Positions 39,811-51,196 of a DNA stretch of 64,000 nucleotides are shown here, piece by piece (position 1 is the first letter of the stretch; every line of letters begins with the position of its first letter). The stretch is from Pyrodictiaceae archaeon (GTDB lineage: Archaea > Thermoproteota > Thermoprotei_A > Sulfolobales > Pyrodictiaceae): contig JALVSY010000007.1 in assembly GCA_027036135.1 (NCBI GenBank), forward strand, positions 1,173,480 to 1,237,479, read 5' to 3'. Under the pieces are notes generated by a model, which was not told the DNA's origin, did not search any database, and saw only the letters and a program-made list of their open reading frames with translations. The translations under genes were made by a program, and so were the position numbers.

Positions 39811-40381
39811 ATGGACGCGCCAAGTAGTATCGATGAGGCAAGGATGATTCTCTACAGTATACTTACCAGGCTCTGCAAGCTCCGCAAAGCAAGTATCATA
39901 GTACTGCCAACGCATAGGGGCTGTAATGCATCGCTGAGGGGCTCCTCTATCCGGCTAGTAATTAGTAGCCTAGAGACAAGAGTCTCCGAGGCATGTCTCA
40001 GCTCACTCATGGAGACAAGCGTCTCGGCGAAGGTAAGGATACTGAACACAGCACTGTCGCTAATCATAGGTGTACTCGGTACACTGATAATAGCTGGCAC
40101 CAAGGCCGGGCTAATAGCGAGTATCGCAGCACTAGTAATCGGGGCGGCGTCGTGGCTTCAGGGGGAGACGGGCCCGGAGAAGAATAGACGAGGTAAACGA
40201 GGCAAGGGAGATAGATGGGATAACATCCAGTCTTTATAATGATGTAGCCGAGCTCCTGGAAGAGATCATCCAGGAAGCCAAGAAAGGGTGCAAGGGGACA
40301 AAGATGCGTATGTTTACGCTACCAAGTAGTTTCCGGAGCCGCTGCGAGCAGTACGCGGCGCGTTACCCCTACCTAGAGTAA
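39811..40381 (+). CDS. Hypothetical 2-TM protein, frameshifted in a G-run near 40162
   Basis: Removing one G gives WLQGRRARRRIDEVNEAREIDG...YPYLE* ending at 40381. Confidence 0.5.
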
Positions 40382-40451
40382 GGAGAAAAAGACCCGAATT
40401 CTCCTAGACCATGTATCCCACATCATCTCTAGGCGAAGTATTCCCCTAGAG

Positions 40452-41723
40452 CTAGCTCTTCTTTACACGGTATAGTGGCGCGCCATTAACTATTACTCTC
40501 TCAACAAGCCCCATGTCTACTAATTTCTGGAGCTTCCTCCACGCCGTTGATTTGCTTATTCCCAGTCTGCGCGCTACCTCGCTTACTCCCAGGGGGCCCT
40601 CCTTCGATAAGAGATCGAGAATTGCTTTGTCACGATCATCCAGCCCAGAGGAGACCAGGGTCACCTCGGCGGCTGAGCCAGTACCACCGGGAGATGATCC
40701 GTCTACAAGTGCACTTGATCCCGCTGAACCTGTGCGCCGCCTCCCTAGGAGCAATGCTAGTGCCACTATCACTGCTACCGCGATCACCCCGGCTATGATT
40801 GCTCCGGTCTTGCTGCTCTTCTTTACCGGGGTAGTGGTTGTAGCTATGGGAGTTGTAGACGGAGTTGTAGTTGTTGGCGTTGTTGCGGGTGTTTGCGTCA
40901 TGCTTGTTGTTGTCTTGGCTCGGCTCTGAGTAGTCGTCATTGGTGGTGCCGGCTTCTTTGTGGTCGTTGTCATACTTGTTGTCGTCTTCGTGGCTGTTCT
41001 TGAAGTTGTTGTCTTCGTCGTAGTTGTTGTTCTAGTTGTTGTAGTAGTGGTACTCTTTGTGGCCGTCGTAGTACTCGTTGTTGTCTTGGTAGTTGTGGCC
41101 GCTGTACTGGTTGTTGTCCGAGGTGTTGTCGTTGTAGTTGTTGTGGTTGTTGTTGTAGTAGTAGTTTTGGTCGCTGTTGTGGTCGTCGTTGTTTGGGGCG
41201 GCACAAGGTAGACTATATTATAGGTACCGGGGCTATTGTAGCGCAGAACTATCCTATCCGAGACGTAATCAACTACGGCTGTACCGTTGAAGCCCAGTAA
41301 GGCTGCGCCGCGTGGCAGGTAAACAGTTGCTGGGCCAATGGGGTGTATAGTCGCGTTGACAACGTTGTCAGTGACGTTGCCCACTATTGCACTGTACTCT
41401 ATCCAGACTGTCGTAGAGTTAGCAGCATCTATCACCGCCTCTCCGTTCTTCACAGTGAAGTCTAGCGGCGTACCGTTCTCGTTGTAGACTAGGAGGGTGC
41501 TCGTCAAGGCACCCTTTTCGAGTGGGACTGTGAGCACGAGTATACCGTTAGGATTGTAGGCTTTCACTTTTATGGAGGCGTCGCCGTAGGGGCCTAGGCT
41601 ATAGATACAAGTAGTCGTTGTGGCTGCGAGCGAGACGCTAGCCGATAAGAGGGCTAGCAAAAGAGCCATAGTTGCAGCGCCCGCTATTCCCCTCATGGTC
41701 AAGTATCCCACCTCAGCACCCAT
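40452..41723 (-). CDS. Membrane-spanning regulator: extracellular beta domain, Thr-rich stalk, TM and cytoplasmic wHTH
   Basis: Signal peptide, about 125-aa Thr-rich linker, TM, then LDDRDKAIL..GVSEVARRLGISKSTAWRKLQKLVDMGLV. Confidence 0.85.
   Translation of the reverse strand: MGAEVGYLTMRGIAGAATMALLLALLSASVSLAATTTTCIYSLGPYGDASIKVKAYNPNGILVLTVPLEKGALTSTLLVYNENGTPLDFTVKNGEAVIDAANSTTVWIEYSAIVGNVTDNVVNATIHPIGPATVYLPRGAALLGFNGTAVVDYVSDRIVLRYNSPGTYNIVYLVPPQTTTTTTATKTTTTTTTTTTTTTTPRTTTSTAATTTKTTTSTTTATKSTTTTTTRTTTTTKTTTSRTATKTTTSMTTTTKKPAPPMTTTQSRAKTTTSMTQTPATTPTTTTPSTTPIATTTTPVKKSSKTGAIIAGVIAVAVIVALALLLGRRRTGSAGSSALVDGSSPGGTGSAAEVTLVSSGLDDRDKAILDLLSKEGPLGVSEVARRLGISKSTAWRKLQKLVDMGLVERVIVNGAPLYRVKKS
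40830..41190. repeat. Low-complexity (ACN)n Thr-codon tract
   Basis: GTT/GTA/GTC triplet runs on the + strand. Confidence 0.9.
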
Positions 41724-41874
41724 AGTGAATTATTACAGCAGCGCTAGGGTCTTAGCAACCCCCGCGTATCATTAATGGCTACCACTCAAGCTCTATTTAA
41801 ACATAGGCCTAGACGCAAACGGCTTAGAAAGCAAGATATAACTAGGGCTCCTTATCCAGGGAGGGGTGTTATCT

Positions 41875-42387
41875 ATGCTGGTAGGCATTGTAAGCGATAC
41901 ACACGATGACCTTGAGGCTGTTAGGCGGGCAGCGAGGTTATTCGCCGAGAAGGGGGCTAGTCTTGTGCTCCACCTTGGCGACATTGTTGCGCCCTTCACG
42001 CTTAGGGCGTTCCGCGATAATGGCGTTGGGCGCCTCGTAGCAGTCTATGGTAATAATTGTGGGGAGCGTCTAGGCCTACGAGAGACTGCTAGCAGGCTTG
42101 GCTACGAGATACATGAGTGGCCTCACCTCGTAGGGCTGGAGGGGAAGCGTTTCCTCTTGATACACGGCGTGGGCCCCGTGGAGAAGACGAGGATGCTTGT
42201 GGATTCTCTCGCTAAGAGCGGTGACTACGACGCAGTACTCTATGGACATACCCATATAGTTGATAACCGGAGAGTAGGTGGCACACTTGTACTTAATCCT
42301 GGCGAGGCCTGTGGCTGCCTAAGCGGGAAGAGGACAGTTGCAATAATCGATACGGAGACGATGAAGGCCGAGATAATCGAGATCTAG
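41875..42387 (+). CDS. YfcE/MJ0936 metallophosphoesterase
   Basis: SDTH, HLGD, GNN, HG, GHTH, NPG. Confidence 0.92.
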   Translation: MLVGIVSDTHDDLEAVRRAARLFAEKGASLVLHLGDIVAPFTLRAFRDNGVGRLVAVYGNNCGERLGLRETASRLGYEIHEWPHLVGLEGKRFLLIHGVGPVEKTRMLVDSLAKSGDYDAVLYGHTHIVDNRRVGGTLVLNPGEACGCLSGKRTVAIIDTETMKAEIIEI

Positions 42388-42427
42388 TGCAGAAGGAGAT
42401 AATGGTCATCTAGCTGGTAAGAGGGCC

Positions 42428-42781
42428 TTGGGCTGCAAGAAGCCACTGAGAATAACCATATTGATTGAGGGCCGCGAATACGTTACCAATAGTGTTTTTC
42501 ACCCACGTGGCTGCATGGGAGCCCGTCAGAGCCACCTAGACCTGGAGCCTCTGTCAGGTACCTGGCTGTGGAGCATCGCGCTGCACCGTGGTTATAGGCT
42601 TAGATGCAGGCCTAGGAATGGCTGCATATCCTTGGAGGAGCCCTTGCTGGGCCTAGAGGCTAGGCTCTGTCCCCTAGGAGGGCATCGTCTCCGCTGCAGA
42701 GGCGAGGTATACGTAATGGTTACCCGTGGTCACCGCCTCTACGTGGGCCCAGTGGAGGTAGCGTGGGCCGGGGAGCATTAA
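42428..42781 (+). CDS. Hypothetical Cys/His-rich protein
   Basis: 117 aa ORF filling the gap between co-oriented genes. Confidence 0.55.
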   Translation: MGCKKPLRITILIEGREYVTNSVFHPRGCMGARQSHLDLEPLSGTWLWSIALHRGYRLRCRPRNGCISLEEPLLGLEARLCPLGGHRLRCRGEVYVMVTRGHRLYVGPVEVAWAGEH

Positions 42782-42860
42782 TAGCTACGCTCTGCACCTC
42801 TTCTCCCGAGTATCTCTCGTAGCTCGTCTATAACGAGTATCGCCTAGGGTGTAACCTGTC

Positions 42861-44639
42861 TTGGCCCCCAAGTCTCTAAGCGAGATAGCCACTATACTCG
42901 AGGACCTTGTTAGGCTCCCAAGGCTCGGTGCAGTAGCTGTCCAGAGCGATGGCCGCTTGCTCGCCTATGGACTCGTTGGGGAGGCTGCTAATCTTTACTC
43001 CCTTGACCAGTTCACGGGCGAGCTAAGAGAGCTCACGAAGCCAGGTGTCTATAGCTTCGCTACTAGCCGCTACAATGCACGAAGAGTTATCGTTGCACGC
43101 GATGTGTCCCGTGGCGCTGAGAAAGTAGCCCTCTACGAGCTGGACCTGGCTAGGCCCGGCGAGGAGAAGCCAGTAGAGGGCTTGGAGCCAGCCCGGCTCC
43201 TCGGAGCAGCGGACGATGGCGAGACTGCCGCGTTTGCCCTGGCTTCTGAGAAGGAGATAGCCCTCTATGCTTATCGCGGAGGCGAGGCTTGGAGGGTTGC
43301 GCAGCTCCCAAGAGTTGGCTGGGTCACCGATGTCCGTGGAGACCTTGTCGTGGGCACGGTCATGGCGGCTACTGATCCGAACGCGATGGAGATATTCATT
43401 GCCCGGGTTAGTAGCGGCGAGGTAAAGATATACACGCCTAAGGAGGGCGCTACGAGCCTAGACCCAGTCATTACCAGTAAGGGTGTATTGTTCCAGAGCA
43501 ACTACGAGGACGGGGAATTCCACCTATACCTCCTTGACCCCGGTAGCCTTGAGATTCATCGCTACGAGCCGCCCAGCCGCGACCTAGAGGAGTACAGGCC
43601 GGTGGAGTACAGCTGGTACCACGAGGCGCCTAACGGCGAGATACTAGTTATCGCCAAGAAGGAGGCACGCTCCAGGATATTCCTCGACGGCGCAGAGGTC
43701 AAGGCACCGCTGGGCACGTTTACGACAGCACTACTAGTAGCCGACACGGTCTATGCTACTTACTCCTCGCTCTCCAAGCCCACGAGGATAATTGAGATAG
43801 ACACTGTCCACGGCGGCATAAGGGAGCTATACGCCCCGAGGGAGCCAGAGTGGATGAGGAGACGACTAGGCCGCGTAACCCATACCTACGTGGAGAGCGT
43901 TGACGGCGTCAAGGTACCGGTACTCATCCTAGAGAACCCGGAGACTGGCACGCCTGGGCCAACTGTTGTACTTGTCCACGGGGGCCCATTCGCTGACTAC
44001 AGTGATAGCTTCAACATATTCGCGGCAGCGCTCGCCGGCATAGGGCTACACGTAGTAATGCCGAACTACCGCGGAAGCACGGGGTACGGCGAGGAGTACC
44101 GGAGAATGATAATAGGGGACCCGTGCGGCAAGGAGCTAGAAGACATAGTCTCTACGGCTAAGTGGGCCCGTGACAAGGGAATAGCCAGGGAGACGATAAT
44201 CATGGGCTATAGCTACGGCGGCTACATGACCCTATGCGCGCTGTTTAGGAAGCCACGCGAGTTCGAGTGCGGCGTCGCAGGAGCCTCCGTCGTGGACTGG
44301 GAGGAGATGTACGAGCTAAGCGATGCAGCATTCAAACAGTTCATAGAGGTCATAACGGCTGGGAAGAGGGAGCTGTGGAGGGAGAGAAGCCCAATAACCT
44401 ATGCAGAAAACCTCGAGAAGCCACTATGCATAATACAGCCACAAAACGATACGAGGACCCCACTCAAGCCGGTACTGAGGCTTATGCAGAAGCTACAAGA
44501 ACTAGGCAAGACCTACGAGGCCCACATAGAGCCGGGCATGGGGCACGCGATATACACTGTTGAGGACGCGGAGAAAGTACTCCTACCGGCACTACTCTTC
44601 ATAAACCGGTGCCTAGGCGCTAAGAGTGCGGAGAAATAA
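42861..44639 (+). CDS. Acylaminoacyl peptidase (S9 family)
   Basis: Beta-propeller N-terminus, HGGP, GYSYGG, QNDTRTP, GH catalytic triad. Confidence 0.95.
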   Translation: MAPKSLSEIATILEDLVRLPRLGAVAVQSDGRLLAYGLVGEAANLYSLDQFTGELRELTKPGVYSFATSRYNARRVIVARDVSRGAEKVALYELDLARPGEEKPVEGLEPARLLGAADDGETAAFALASEKEIALYAYRGGEAWRVAQLPRVGWVTDVRGDLVVGTVMAATDPNAMEIFIARVSSGEVKIYTPKEGATSLDPVITSKGVLFQSNYEDGEFHLYLLDPGSLEIHRYEPPSRDLEEYRPVEYSWYHEAPNGEILVIAKKEARSRIFLDGAEVKAPLGTFTTALLVADTVYATYSSLSKPTRIIEIDTVHGGIRELYAPREPEWMRRRLGRVTHTYVESVDGVKVPVLILENPETGTPGPTVVLVHGGPFADYSDSFNIFAAALAGIGLHVVMPNYRGSTGYGEEYRRMIIGDPCGKELEDIVSTAKWARDKGIARETIIMGYSYGGYMTLCALFRKPREFECGVAGASVVDWEEMYELSDAAFKQFIEVITAGKRELWRERSPITYAENLEKPLCIIQPQNDTRTPLKPVLRLMQKLQELGKTYEAHIEPGMGHAIYTVEDAEKVLLPALLFINRCLGAKSAEK

Positions 44640-44858
44640 CACATGGATTACAGCTTTTTATGTAGCTATTTCCTCTAAGCTGGCACGCATATAGGGCTTG
44701 GAATTATTCAAATACTTTAATACAGCTATGTTTTTTCTAAGCCTTCCTTGTAGCAATTATTAGGCGGCTTAACCCATAAAAATGTCTCAGAGCAGCAAGT
44801 GCCGAAGCAGGTTCTGAGAGGAAACATAGACTGGGCATGCCAGCACGGTGAATAGCTG

Positions 44859-46105
44859 ATGGATATCGCTGACTTAGTGCTTCCGGCAGCATCAATGCTG
44901 ATAGCCATCCTTCAACCTCTCTATACAATCTATGTGGCAATAATGGCTGTTTCTCCGCTCCTACGTCCCAATACATTACGGGGGACAAAAACATACCACG
45001 GTGCAAGCATCGCTATTGTTATTCCCTTATACATGGAGCGGTTTGAGAGCATAAAGAGGAGCTTGGAATCAGTTGCTCGGCAAAGGTATCCCCGGGACAA
45101 GCTAAGAGTAATCATTGTAGTTGAGGAGGACGACGAGCTGTCAATAAAGAATTTAGAGAGAGCGCTTCGTGTCGTTCCTCTCGAGGGTATAAGGGTAGAG
45201 GTTCTAAGAACGAGTTGTAGGAAAAAGGGTGGAGGTAAGCACTGTGCTCTCAATGCTGCCCTTAACAGAGTCAAAGAGGAGATTTACCTCGTCCTTGACG
45301 CGGATGACTATGTTTCGGGGGATTATCTCGGGAAAGTAGCGTATATAGTATCTCTCAGAGGCTATACAGCAGTAACAACAAAGGTATATAGGGAGGGAGA
45401 CAACATCATAGCGAAGTTCTTGACCCTTGACACCGTGCTCTGGTACGACTTGGCACTCTACACGCTCTTCCGCATAGGCTCGTACATCCCCCTTAGCGGG
45501 GAGGGGCTTGCTGTAAAGACTAGTTATCTCCGCAGGATAGGCGGGTTCCCCGCGAAGCTAACCGAGGATGCTTATCTGGGCATGTTGCTTGCCCGTGACA
45601 AGGAGACGCTATACTACTTGGACGATGAATTTATTGTTGAGAGGGCGCCGCGCTCCTTCAGGGCGTATTATAGCAGAGGCTTAGATGGATACAGGGCTAC
45701 TTCGAGTGCTTAGCAGACTATGCTCGTCTCCTGGTGCTAGAGAGAAGACTTGGCAGGGAGTCCCTATCGTTGCTCATACCGTATTTCTCGCCGATAGTGG
45801 CAATGGCTGTTGCTATTACGCATACATTATTCATACTGTACTGGGGTGCATACATTCTCCACGCATCAACGATACTAGCCATCTATGACGCGTTGTTCCC
45901 TGCCCCTGTCTTCTACTGGGGCCTCTTCAACCTAGTAGTTGGCAACCTATTCCTACTATACCTCAGCCTCTACATGGTAAGCGATACAAGGTACTCCAGG
46001 TTGGCGCCATATGCTCTCCTCATGCCCCTTTACTGGTACCTAGTAGGCATAATAGCATTGATAGCAGTATTCGCTCCGAGGGCCTGGAGGAAGACTGAGA
46101 GATGA
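44859..46105 (+). CDS. Processive GT2 glycosyltransferase, one-base deletion near 45672
   Basis: DADD, GEG, TED; restoring one base gives QRLRWIQGY and continues into the TM-rich 45734-46105 ORF. Confidence 0.85.
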
Positions 46106-47738
46106 ACACTAAGCAGCTACTAGGCAACGTGGCTAAGTGGTTTCACAAGTACCTGCTCCTAGGAGAGGAGGGTGACCCAGCCTCCTGGGCAATATTCCTA
46201 GTACTAGTGCTCGCCTACCTAGGCTTCAGCCTCGGCCTCGTAAAGGCTTTCGGGACAACACTCGTACTCGAGTTCACAAGGTATGCTCACGATAATGCCG
46301 CGCACCTCTACATTGCGAGAACAATTATAGATAACGGAGAATATTCACGGCTCGCGAACCTCGGCACGGTGTGGCTCCCGCTGTACCACTTAGTCCTTAT
46401 GCCCTTTACCGTCATAGACAAGCTATACGTCACGGGGCTGGCTGGCGCATTACTTAACGCGGTATTCGTCGCGACAACCGCCTCCACGATATACCTCGTG
46501 CTGCGAGGATGGCTAGGGCTAGTCTTCGCCTTCATGTATGGCTTCTCTGTGTACTCCATCATACATGCCTCGAGCAGCTACATGGTCCCCATAGGCCAGT
46601 TCCTCGCCTTCGCCGCTACCTATTACGCGCTTAGATACAACGAGACGGGCTCACTAAGAGAACTGACCAAGGCAACTGCCCTAGCAATGGCGGCCTCCAC
46701 TGCGAGATACGAGGCATGGCTAGTACTGTTAGCGATAACCCTAGCTGTGGTACTGAGAGAGGCTGGCAAGAGGAACTGGGTAATAGCCGCCTACGTCCCA
46801 GCCATGTGGCTTGGTGTGGTTGGCTGGCTCATTTACAACTGGGCCATATTCGGCAACCCATTAGAGTTCATAGTGGGTGTTTTCCCGGTGCCTCCGGGTA
46901 CTATCTCCAGCTCATCAATTATCTCACACATCCATGGCTCATTGATAGCAAGCTAGTAGTCAGCGTCGTGGCTTACTTGGCTGGGCTCACAGCCCCCGTA
47001 TACCTCGTAGCCGTACTAGTAGTGGATTTACTCGGCTTGGCTAAGAAGGGAGATCTGCGCAGGCGCCTAGCTCGCATCTCACTACTCTATCTGCCACTAG
47101 TACTGCTCCTAATCGCTCACAAGGGCCTCCTCATAGCCGATATCCCGCTATACTTTTACTTCCTATCTCCATGGATCTATGCCGCCAGCGGCGAGCTAGT
47201 CAAAAAGGTCGCCACTGGTCTAAAGGAGTACAGAGGAGCACTAGCTGCACTAGTGCTCTTACTAGTCTTTACAGCTGGCTTCGTGGTGCAGGATACAAGA
47301 GAGTTCCACGAGCTACGGACAAGCTTGGCAATAGGGGGAGCAGTGCTCAAGTGACAAAGGATCAACATAGCAAAAATAGTTAAAGCGTGGCGCGAGGCTG
47401 GTGGCTACATAGCCTCACCCATATCGTTCATCTCGGCCAAGATCTCGACACTCGGCGACATATCGCCCCGATATATAGTAGATGAGTACGACTACGTGCT
47501 CTACAGAGAAGCATCGGAGGCTCCGTGGAGCCACAACGTGGGAGTAGTCCTCGTACCAGGCCCAGCTCTATACAGGGCACTGAAAACCTATCTAGCAGCA
47601 CTAAGTGATAACAAGCACTACGCCATCAAGTTCTACGAGGACCCTGCTTGGCGCGTAGTCTTTCTACACTATTATTCGCCTAGGTACAACGTAGTCGTTG
47701 ATGGAAACGAGTTACTAGTCTATATTAGAACGGGATAG
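46102..47738 (+). pseudogene. GT-C (PMT/ArnT-like) membrane glycosyltransferase, frameshift near 46884 plus in-frame TGA at 47352
   Basis: HDNAAHLYIAR, TVWLPLYH, RYEAW, FGNPLEF; three ORF pieces, the last two in the same frame across the TGA. Confidence 0.7.
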
Positions 47739-47777
47739 ATGGTAGTGAAGAGGAGAAAGGAAGAGGATGGAAAAACG

Positions 47778-48731
47778 TTACTCCTCTACGGGGCCTATTG
47801 CTTCTTCGCCTACCCAGCGGTTGATCTCCTCGACGTACTTGTCGACCATCTCCTGTATCTTCTTGATGTCCTCTTCGGTTAGGTGGCGGAACCTGCCCTG
47901 CATCTTGAGGTACTCTCTCACTGGCTTCCTCTTCCTCACCTTTACTGTTACCTTTGGCTTACCGTTCTCTATTTCTAGGAGCACCCACATACCTGTCTGA
48001 ACAGCTAGCTTTGCTACCTCGATTGTCTTTGACTCTGGTATTCTCCAGCCGGGGGTGCACGGGGTTAGTACGTGTACTAGGCTTGGGCCGCGCGTATTGT
48101 AGGCCTTGACGAACTTGTTTATCATGTCTATCGGGTATGCTGGGTTAGCTGTGGCTATGTATGGTATGCGGTGAGCATAGGCTATGCCTACTATGTCTTT
48201 CTTGGGTCTCCACTCGCCGCGGAACTTCTTGCCAACAGGTGTCGTCGTTGTCCAGGCACCGTATGGGGTTGCTCCGCTCCTCTGTATACCAGTGTTCATG
48301 TAGGCCTCGTTGTCATAGACAACGTACATTACGTCGTGTCCTCTCTCGAGCATACCACTGAGGCTCTGCAAGCCGATGTCGAAGGTGCCACCGTCGCCAG
48401 CAATAGCTACCACCTTTATGTAGCGGTTCTTGTCAAGCACACCCTTCCTCTGAAGAGCCTTTAGGGCTGCCTCTACACCGCTAGCAGCTGCTCCAGCGTT
48501 CTCGAATGCTAGGTGCAGCCATGGGTTGCGCCAAGCAGTCCTCGGGAACAGGGTAGAGATTACCTCCATACAGCCAGTGGCATTAACTATTATCGCGTCT
48601 TTGCCGACGACCTTTGTTAGGTGCCTAAGCACCAGGGCTGCTCCACAGCCTTGGCAAGCTGCGTGGCCGCCTACGAATCGCTCCTCTCGGGGAATCTCCC
48701 ATAGGGACTTTATCGGCTTAGTGAGCGCCAT
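47778..48731 (-). CDS. porB: 2-oxoacid (pyruvate):ferredoxin oxidoreductase beta subunit
   Basis: [34 protein letters not shown]. Confidence 0.95.
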   Translation of the reverse strand: MALTKPIKSLWEIPREERFVGGHAACQGCGAALVLRHLTKVVGKDAIIVNATGCMEVISTLFPRTAWRNPWLHLAFENAGAAASGVEAALKALQRKGVLDKNRYIKVVAIAGDGGTFDIGLQSLSGMLERGHDVMYVVYDNEAYMNTGIQRSGATPYGAWTTTTPVGKKFRGEWRPKKDIVGIAYAHRIPYIATANPAYPIDMINKFVKAYNTRGPSLVHVLTPCTPGWRIPESKTIEVAKLAVQTGMWVLLEIENGKPKVTVKVRKRKPVREYLKMQGRFRHLTEEDIKKIQEMVDKYVEEINRWVGEEAIGPVEE

Positions 48732-48785
48732 ACATGCATCACCTCGGATACGGATTCACTTGGTGCACGGAGAAAGACAAGAATG

Positions 48786-50036
48786 TTAGATTATATGGCC
48801 CCTCCTGCTCCTTACTCCGTAGAAGAGCGTCCTTGTCACACTCTTCCCGCTCTTTGCTGCCTCGAGGAGCTTCTGATACATCTCCACAACGTCCTTGACG
48901 AAGATGTCCCTGCCTCCGAGCCCGTGTATGAAGCTTATGAATGGCTTCGTTATCCCGCGGACAGCTAGTGTTGATAATACCTCCATTGCTAGTGGGCCTT
49001 CTAGCGCGCCTCCGAAGCTAACTGCTCTGTCGAGTACTCCTAGCGCGTTAACGTTCTCGAGGACTTTTGCTAGCTCCTCTGCAGGGAATGGCCTAAACAC
49101 TCTTATCTTGACCATCCCGGCCTTGACTCCTTGCTCGCGTAGCCTATTAACAGCGGCTTTGACGAGGCTACTGGTCGCTCCGAGCGTTACTATGGCCACC
49201 TCCGCGTCATCCATGTAGTAGGGCTCTATGAAGCCGTACTCCCTGCCGTAGCGCTTGCCGAACTCCTTCCCGGTTTCCTCTATTACTCGGCGGGACTCCC
49301 TCATAGCTAGTGCTTGTTGCACCTTTACCTCTTGGTACCAGTTGGGCGCGCCAAGCACACCGATTGTTACCGGGTGGTCTGGGTCTAGTACTGGTCTGTA
49401 GCCCCTCGGCCTCTTGGGCGCGAAGCTGAGTACCTCCTCCCTATCGAGTGGCTCTAGTGCCTCGGTTGTGTGGCTCAGTATGTAGCCATCGAGGGTAACT
49501 ACTACTGGTAGGAGTACATCGGGGTGCTCAGCTATGCGGAAGGCCTGGACAAGGTTATCGTATACTTCTTGCACGTTCTCGCTGAATATCATTATCCAGC
49601 TAGTATCCCTCATAGCCATCGCGTCTGCATAGTCGTTCCATATATTGATGGGGGCGCTTAGAGCCCTCGTAGCGAGAGCCATTACTACTGGTTGGCGGAG
49701 ACCACTAGCTATGTAGAGTATCTCGTGCATCAGCTCTAGGCCCTGGCTACTAGTTGCTGTGAACGACCTGGCACCCGTAGCGGCCGCCGCCACGGCCGCG
49801 CTCATAGCGCTGTGCTCGCTCTCAACGTGTATCAGCTCAGCGTCTAGCTCACCATCAGCTATCATCTGGGCAATATTCTCCGCTATAGGGGCCTGGGGCG
49901 TAATCGGGTAAACAGCCACAACATCAACATCAGCGTCCCGTACAGCGTAGGCAGCTGCATCAGAGCCCGTAGCTGCTATCTTCCTCCTACGGGTAGGGAG
50001 CTGCTCCTCTCGGGGCTTTTCCTTAACCACTGCCAC
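48786..50036 (-). CDS. porA: 2-oxoacid (pyruvate):ferredoxin oxidoreductase alpha subunit
   Basis: YPITPQ, ESEHSAM, TATSSQGL, FRPFP, GLGGRD. Confidence 0.95.
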   Translation of the reverse strand: MAVVKEKPREEQLPTRRRKIAATGSDAAAYAVRDADVDVVAVYPITPQAPIAENIAQMIADGELDAELIHVESEHSAMSAAVAAAATGARSFTATSSQGLELMHEILYIASGLRQPVVMALATRALSAPINIWNDYADAMAMRDTSWIMIFSENVQEVYDNLVQAFRIAEHPDVLLPVVVTLDGYILSHTTEALEPLDREEVLSFAPKRPRGYRPVLDPDHPVTIGVLGAPNWYQEVKVQQALAMRESRRVIEETGKEFGKRYGREYGFIEPYYMDDAEVAIVTLGATSSLVKAAVNRLREQGVKAGMVKIRVFRPFPAEELAKVLENVNALGVLDRAVSFGGALEGPLAMEVLSTLAVRGITKPFISFIHGLGGRDIFVKDVVEMYQKLLEAAKSGKSVTRTLFYGVRSRRGHII

Positions 50037-50064
50037 GGGGACACACCTCCAAGGAGGGGATTAT

Positions 50065-50433
50065 TTACTTCATCTCGGGGACCATCTCTATGGCCTTGAC
50101 TGGGCACTCGTTGGCGCAGATGCCGCAGCCCTTGCAGTGATCATAGTCAACCTTGAAGCTAACCTTGTATTTCTTCCCAGTGCTCGTAGTGTACTCCTCG
50201 TCAACCTCCAGTATCGCGCCATCAGGACAGTATATCCAGCATAGGCGGCAGCGCACGCACTTATCCTGGTTTATTACGGGGCGGAAAGTCCTCCAAGCAT
50301 GAGTAGTAACATCGAGAGTGCTACCAGGCCAGGGCACTATAGCTGCTATGGGAAGATCCTCCATGGTCTCGGGGTACTTCTTGCCCAAGAAGCGCTCAGG
50401 GAAGCCCTCCTCCTGGTTAGTACTCAAAGACAA
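50065..50433 (-). CDS. porD: 2-oxoacid:ferredoxin oxidoreductase delta subunit
   Basis: WRTFRP and two 4Fe-4S motifs (CVRCRLC..CP, CKGCGICANECP). Confidence 0.95.
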   Translation of the reverse strand: MSLSTNQEEGFPERFLGKKYPETMEDLPIAAIVPWPGSTLDVTTHAWRTFRPVINQDKCVRCRLCWIYCPDGAILEVDEEYTTSTGKKYKVSFKVDYDHCKGCGICANECPVKAIEMVPEMK

Positions 50434-51002
50434 ACCACCTCTGTAGAGTTATATGCCTCCTCCATAGCCTTTATGTTTGCCTCTGCTATGTGGGGCCTCT
50501 CTGCAAAAACCTTCCGGATATTCTCCTCGAGGGTCTCGAGCCTCACAACCTTAGCCGCTCTCACGAGGGCTGCGAGCATCGAGGTATTCACTATGGGCGC
50601 TCTTAGGTGCTTCAGGGCAATATCTGTAGCATCTATCCTGGCGATGCATCTTGGTTTCTGCAGCCCGTGCTCCTCTAGGAGCTTAACTACCTGGTCAACA
50701 GTCTTCTTAGTGTTTATGACGAGCATCCCATTCGGCTTCAAGCCCCTCATGTATATCTCTGGCTCCAGCGACGGGTCAAAAACGACGACAATGTCTGGCT
50801 CGAGAATAGGCTCCCTCTCAAGTATCGGTTTCTCGTCTATACGCGTAAACGCGAGCACAGGGGCACCACGCCTCTCGGCACCGTACTCGGGGAATGCCAG
50901 CGCGTACTTACCCTCATCAACAGCGGCAGAGGCCAAAACCTTGGCAGCAGTGACTGCTCCCTGACCACCACGTCCATGGAACCTTATCTCTACACGAGGC
51001 AC
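50424..51002 (-). CDS. porG: 2-oxoacid:ferredoxin oxidoreductase gamma subunit
   Basis: EIRFHGRGGQGAVT, YGAERRGAP; GTG 51002 chosen as start. Confidence 0.95.
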   Translation of the reverse strand: MPRVEIRFHGRGGQGAVTAAKVLASAAVDEGKYALAFPEYGAERRGAPVLAFTRIDEKPILEREPILEPDIVVVFDPSLEPEIYMRGLKPNGMLVINTKKTVDQVVKLLEEHGLQKPRCIARIDATDIALKHLRAPIVNTSMLAALVRAAKVVRLETLEENIRKVFAERPHIAEANIKAMEEAYNSTEVVCL

Positions 51003-51196
51003 ATCCAACACCCAGCAAGAGCCTAGTCCTAGGTTACATGGACGGGGCCTTCCGAGCCCTCTCCCCATGCATAGGGCTAGGGGGATAGAGCCCCGTTACT
51101 TAGAGACTGTCTTGGCTCCAAGTAGTTTTGGCCATGTTTAACCAAATAAAAATTGCCCTCGGCAAGGACAAGAAGTATACCCGGTGCCACCCTGTC

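Noticed and set aside
40960-41211. Poly-Val and Gln/Arg-rich ORFs
   Set aside because: Antisense and alternate-frame shadows of the Thr-codon tract
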